A DNA stretch of 64,000 nt, from contig OX597825.1 of assembly GCA_951406725.2 (NCBI GenBank), positions 63,426,001 through 63,490,000 on the forward strand, in the 5' to 3' direction. Shown piece by piece: positions 58,266 to 64,000 of the stretch. The translations under genes and the position numbers were made by a program. The notes beneath the pieces are model-generated. The model was given only the letters and a program-made list of their open reading frames with translations, made no database searches and was not told the DNA's origin. The DNA is from Octopus vulgaris (Eukaryota). The first letter of the stretch is position 1; each line of letters starts with the position of its first letter.

Positions 58266-58899
58266 CATATATATATATATATATATATATAAAGAGAGGG
58301 AGAGAGAGAAATTATGATAGGTAGGTAAGCAGATACAGATGTATTCGTAGATAAATAGGCAGAGAGAGAGAAACATAGACAAGCACTGATTTATACATAT
58401 ATATATACATATATGCACGCACACGAATATTTCCACAGAAAGATGTATTTAAATACATACACTACAAGTTAAAGCCACTTTTATCAAGTCGGTACCAGGT
58501 GTCAACTGTTTGTTAACTGAGATGCCTAAGCGATTAAAAGTATTCAATACAATTATAGAAATCTAGTTGGTGAAAGTATTTTAATTCGAACGCCAACTAT
58601 GTTGTAGAATCGTTTTTAATCTAAGATAAAAAAAAAAGATAGAAAAACAAGAAAGCGTAACTTGATTGAAATGATACCGTACAACACTTTTTCATTCACG
58701 CAATCTCCATTGCTATTTTCTATATGAGAAATTCTTCATCTCTTCGACTCTAAAAAATGCGTTAAAAGTCACCTCTATTGTCTTAATTTCGCAGGCTTTT
58801 CACCATTGATGTTGTAGGAGTTGATAATTCGATATTTACATTGTGAAAGCAATGAATTATATCCAATAAAACTAAAACTACAACACATTTTCTCTTTCG

Positions 58900-58965
<66 letters not shown>

Positions 58966-59074
58966 GTTATTGTTGTTGTTGTTGTTGTTATTATTATTAT
59001 TATTATTTATTTATTTATTTTATTTTATTTTATTTTTATTTACTTTTAATCTGCATGCTTGTTACAAGCACTTG

Positions 59075-59400
59075 CAGAGAGACACCCAGCGTCAGGATAA
59101 GCAATGTTACAATGAGCCTGAAAACCTTGATGGGGAGTGACAGGAGCAGTAACGGAATATCTACATGTAATATAACACAGACATTGAAATTGTTAGGGTT
59201 TTTATAAGGATGTGAGCAGTACTTGTCAGCACAATCTTTTGGATTTCACCGAGACATTGTTCGCCTGGAATGTTATCCAGATATTTCTAACATCCCTTTT
59301 TTTTAATCATATCTAGGGCACCCAAAATAACAGGAACAATTTCGATTTAAAATGCCACATCTTTTGAATTTCAATTTCCAGATACTTATATTTACTTCAT
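59075..59400 (-). mobile_element. RLE-type non-LTR retrotransposon 3' fragment (Dong/R4-like)
   Basis: Minus strand KYKYLEIEIQKMWHFK.IVPVILGALDMIKK...KYLDNIPGEQCLGEIQKIVLTSTAHIL, the restriction-like endonuclease C-terminus; the 3' end runs into (TAA)n at 58901-59040. Confidence 0.85.
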
Positions 59401-59700
59401 TTGTCAAATTCCTTTACAGATATATTTTTATCAGTGGGAACACTTACATTTATTTGTTTACAAGTAATTCCTTCCCCGTCTTTAATGGCAGTATCTGGTC
59501 GATTAGCCTGAATCATTCTCTCGGTGCTGACAGTAAAATTCCAGAGGTTAGTGAGATTTTTACCTCCAAATATTGGCTCAGGATGATGTTCATACCAGTA
59601 AGCAAGGGTACTAATTTTGTAGTGTTTACGTATTTTCCAGTATAAATACTCTCCTCCCTCATCATGGTGATTTTTGTATTCGTTTGGTGTCAGCAGAGGA

Positions 59701-59778
<78 letters not shown>

Positions 59779-60113
59779 CATCATCATCATCATTTGAATT
59801 GCACAAAGTGCATTTTGTTTCTCCTTTCTTCGTTGCACTTACCGATTCATAGCAGGTTGCAACAGACAAAAAAACATTATAATTAGGTATTGTTCATTAT
59901 TCAGATAATTTACAAAATTAAAAATTTAGATATTGTTCATTATTTTCTAGTACGGATTCATTACAATTCATGATGTGAGAAATCAAAGTGCGAAAGCCAT
60001 TTGCATGCTGAGCACGAATGCCCCAAAATTAATTTTCCGTTTCGTTGTTTCCGCTCGCATTTCGTGTTTTCATTTTTGCCAATTAATTTGTCATTTCAAG
60101 GATACCCTTTATG

Positions 60114-60320
<207 letters not shown>

Positions 60321-60819
60321 ATTTACAGCGTTCGCAAAGCAACCATTTATTTCATTTTGCAAAACGAAAATTTAAATTAACGGAAATATCAAAATTATAT
60401 AGAGGAATGAGAAAATGTAAACAAATTCTTTTATTAGAGAAAGAGAAAAACTACAGAGATTATGATTTTGTTTTTTATATTGCAAAACCGGGAAATTTTT
60501 TCCAGCATCTCTGTCTTTAAATAGTTATATAAACGCTTGCAGAGGAAGGAAACCTTTGTCACACTCTCAGTGAATTTGAGTGTTTCTTTCGATACTGGGA
60601 TTGGCATTTGTTCAGTTTATATTCAAAATGTTGACGATATTTCAGTATTCTTTAAGAATAACATGGTAATCCATTTCTGCCATATTTTATTCTTTTCTGA
60701 TACACTGTGCTGCTAAACATTAAGGTATAATTTTTACTTCTTCAATCTGAGATTTTTGCATTTTATACCTCATGAGATTATATAAAACGAAGAGATTATT
60801 TAGTCGCAAACACATGCAT

Positions 60820-61390
60820 CTTTTAACCATCCTTGAGTGATTCCATTAATGCTGCCTTCGCATCATCCTCATAATCTCTTGGAGGGACCTCTACACTAAC
60901 ATCGAGCTCTCAGAGCAGGCGAAGGTACCAAGTAACTCTGCTGAAGACACACCTATGCTGGGCACGACACGTTACCAGGCTGGAAGACCATCGACTTCCC
61001 AAAATCACACTGCTTGATGAACTCTCTTCTGGTCATTGTGATAAAAGAAGCACAAAATAAGAGTTAAGCAAATTCCCCAAAGAAATACCTCGGTCGGTCA
61101 CACTAATTACCGCCAGTGTTTTCTTCCTGTGTTAATCGTAAAACCTAGTGTCTTCTTATCCTCCGGGCAACAGCTTCCTTTTGGAGACACCCACAAAATC
61201 TTCCTTGCACAAAAGGGAACAAAGAAGAAAGAAAAGGACACAACATCCAGTTCCTCAATCACCCTGACATTTCATGAAACATCTGCAGTCGTGCCTGTAT
61301 GCTTCAAATCGTATTCGAACGGCATAAGTGAGAGTACAACAGACGTTGAAATACCCCTTCGTAAATCTTCGCTCACGCAGCATAGCAGAA
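60820..61390 (+). mobile_element. RTE (BovB-like) LINE 3' fragment
   Basis: LE*FH*CCLRIIL.ISWRD..TNIE..EQA; LCWARHVTRLEDHRLPKITLLDELSSG; terminal ICSRAC...ERHK zinc finger; 3' end aaatcttcgctcacgcagc. Confidence 0.88.
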
Positions 61391-61496
61391 AGTATAGTGC
61401 AACTAAATTAGCTCAGTGTAATTTCTTAGATGCTTGCATCAAATCACATTTTCCACAGCATGGTATTTTTGCATGTATAAATACATGCACACACAA

Positions 61497-61527
<31 letters not shown>

Positions 61528-61873
61528 AACAAGCACATACGTATATATATATAGCTGTATGTAATATATGTAATATATATGCATATAGGTGAGTGTATAT
61601 GTACAAGGGTGCAATGTATATTTTCCTGTGTCTCGGTACAACGGTGTAAAATTGTGCAACGGGCTGGATCGTTTAATAGCAACGGTAGATAGCATCGGTA
61701 ATTTAGCTATTCGCATTTTTACCAATATTTGAACGTACCAACGTTAAATACTTTGATATTTATTATCGACTAAATCCCTACCAGCACAAACGCATTTGAA
61801 TTGCTGCCTCGAATGTTCTATTTCTAAATGGAATTATATACATAGAGACATAGATGCATATATATATACATAC

Positions 61874-61922
<49 letters not shown>

Positions 61923-62331
61923 CAAGCTAGTCTTTAGAGAAATATACTGCAGTAGGTGACAGAAGGAAAAGAACTGAGAGACCTATTCGTTAACTATGCA
62001 CAACTGCAAAGTTCAAAAAAATCAATTTGAAATACAGGTCATGTGAATATTTGGTTTATGTTTTATATTCTTGATGAAATCATGAAGGAATCATTGAGAA
62101 ATAGAACTTATAGAAATATAACTAAACTTCTTCTCACTGAGTCTTGCAAACAGCATTAAATTCTTTTTACTTCTCTTTAATTTGATATATACGATTTTAT
62201 GATTTTATTACGCATTTCAGAAGCGGTAAACATGGTAAAATTTCAGATAGAGCAGAAATCGTTATGTAGCGCTTGAATCCTTTATTTCCTTTTCATGTCA
62301 ATTTCTTTTCCATCAGTTTTATTCATATATG

Positions 62332-62377
<46 letters not shown>

Positions 62378-62720
62378 TACATATACACATATATATATAT
62401 GTAAATATATATATATGGATAGATAGATGTATGTACATATATATATACACACACATATACATATATATACATTTATACACACATACAAACACACATACAT
62501 ACAATTACATATCCACATATGTATGTCGTACCTCTCTATTCTTACACAAATGTATACATACACATAGTATTAGTATATATATGTGTATATATATTGTGTT
62601 CGTGTATACATAAATATCTAAGCATATATAATATATATACATATGTATATACATATATATATATGTATATATTTAATTATATATATACATATATACATAT
62701 ACATATACACACATAAACAT

Positions 62721-62760
<40 letters not shown>

Positions 62761-63676
62761 CAGCATGAAGTTGAGATTATTTCTAAGCACTTTCTTTCTC
62801 TCTTTCTCCCTCATTTTGTTTTTGTTATGTATATATTTTCTCCTAGTTAAAAACTGGAAATAAAAGTAATGTGAAATGGCATGTTGATCTATATGAAAGG
62901 AAATGTACAAAATGGAGGAAGCCATTTTGATGTTGTAGTTAGTGATGCTTTTTCTTCGCTATGGACAAATATGTTTTCTAAGATTATTAAATGTTTGTAT
63001 GAACCCATTAATTCTATAACTGAAAGAGATCGGCAAAGAAGACCATAATGAAGAAACACTTTTTGAAGCGCTTAGACGAATACACCTATACCAAGGACGA
63101 GAATATATATCTAGTTACTTCAAAGAAGTTATGTGCAAGAATATAAAGCTATAACATACGTTATCACTTCTACTATACGCAGGGGAATTGGTTGATGACC
63201 TTGGTTTCTGAGACTATTTATACGCATGAAAAAATCAGAATGGATTGTAAATATGCTGGTTTTCTTTTTGCCAAAAGCTAAGCGGAATATAGCGATATAA
63301 ACTGCAACAACGAAAGTGAAAATAATTACAAGAGAAAGTACTCATCAAAGGACAGAAAATGCTCTCAAGAAAGGACATTACTAGAAAAGTGAGAGGAAAG
63401 TAGAATAGTGGGGAAAGTAAATAAAGCTTTAAATTGACTTAACAGAATCAATGAAAAATTTTCTTCAACTATCGAATGCAATATAAGCAGAAAGAACTCG
63501 GTTGACATTGAATAGATCCGGAAGGAAAGGAGAATTGTGAAGTAATTATATAGAGGACTAGTTATTACAATATCCATTTCGTACTTAAACCGAGTGAAAT
63601 AAGTTTTGCTGGTTACATACAAACGATGCCACAAATGAATGTACTTGCATTGCACATTCACGCAAGTACCCAAATA

Positions 63677-63730
<54 letters not shown>

Positions 63731-63802
63731 GCATAAAAAATACACAAGTACAAGCATACGTACACACACAATATATATATAGATAGATATACATACATAT
63801 AC

Positions 63803-64000
63803 TCCTTTACTCTTTTACTTGTTTCAGTCATTTGACTGCGGCCATGCTGGAGCACCGCCTTTAGTCGAGCAACTCGACCCCGAGACTTATTCTTTTTGTA
63901 AGCCCAGTACTTATTCTATCGGTCTTTTTTGCCGAACCACTAAGTGACGGGGACGTAAACACACCAGCATCGGTTGTCAATCAATGCTAGGGGGACAAAC
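63803..64000 (-). mobile_element. SINE family B 3' half (runs off the window)
   Basis: ttttacttgtttcagtcatttgactgcggccatgctggagcaccgcctttagtcgagc... Confidence 0.92.

Noticed and set aside
63000-63600. Purine-rich plus-strand stretch vaguely like an integrase zinc-binding region or LINE ORF2
   Set aside because: No diagnostic residues retained; cannot classify by eye

Overview
AT-rich eukaryotic (metazoan) intergenic or intronic DNA, saturated with (TA)n, (CA)n, (TAA)n, (TTC)n and (ATAC)n microsatellites. The SINE and microsatellite repertoire looks like an octopus/cephalopod genome (inference from recalled repeat families, not a search). I found no confident host protein-coding exon, and most ORF-track entries are microsatellite translation artefacts. 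Mobile DNA dominates: at least four tRNA-derived SINE families with swappable 3' tails, a full-length decayed DD34D mariner, an internally deleted DD37D (maT) element, two MITEs, and RTE, CR1, Dong/R4-type and possible Tx1/L1 fragments. The most notable signal is about a dozen type-I hammerhead-ribozyme (HHR)-like motifs (CUGANGA...GAAA-palindrome-UH) in several unrelated short non-coding elements next to (TA)n tracts. They include ~58-nt stem II extensions with compensatory stem I changes, recurrent U3-A8 cores, and foldback pairs. This fits a diverse population of non-autonomous Penelope-like/retrozyme-like elements. All calls were made by eye; no folding or database search was run.
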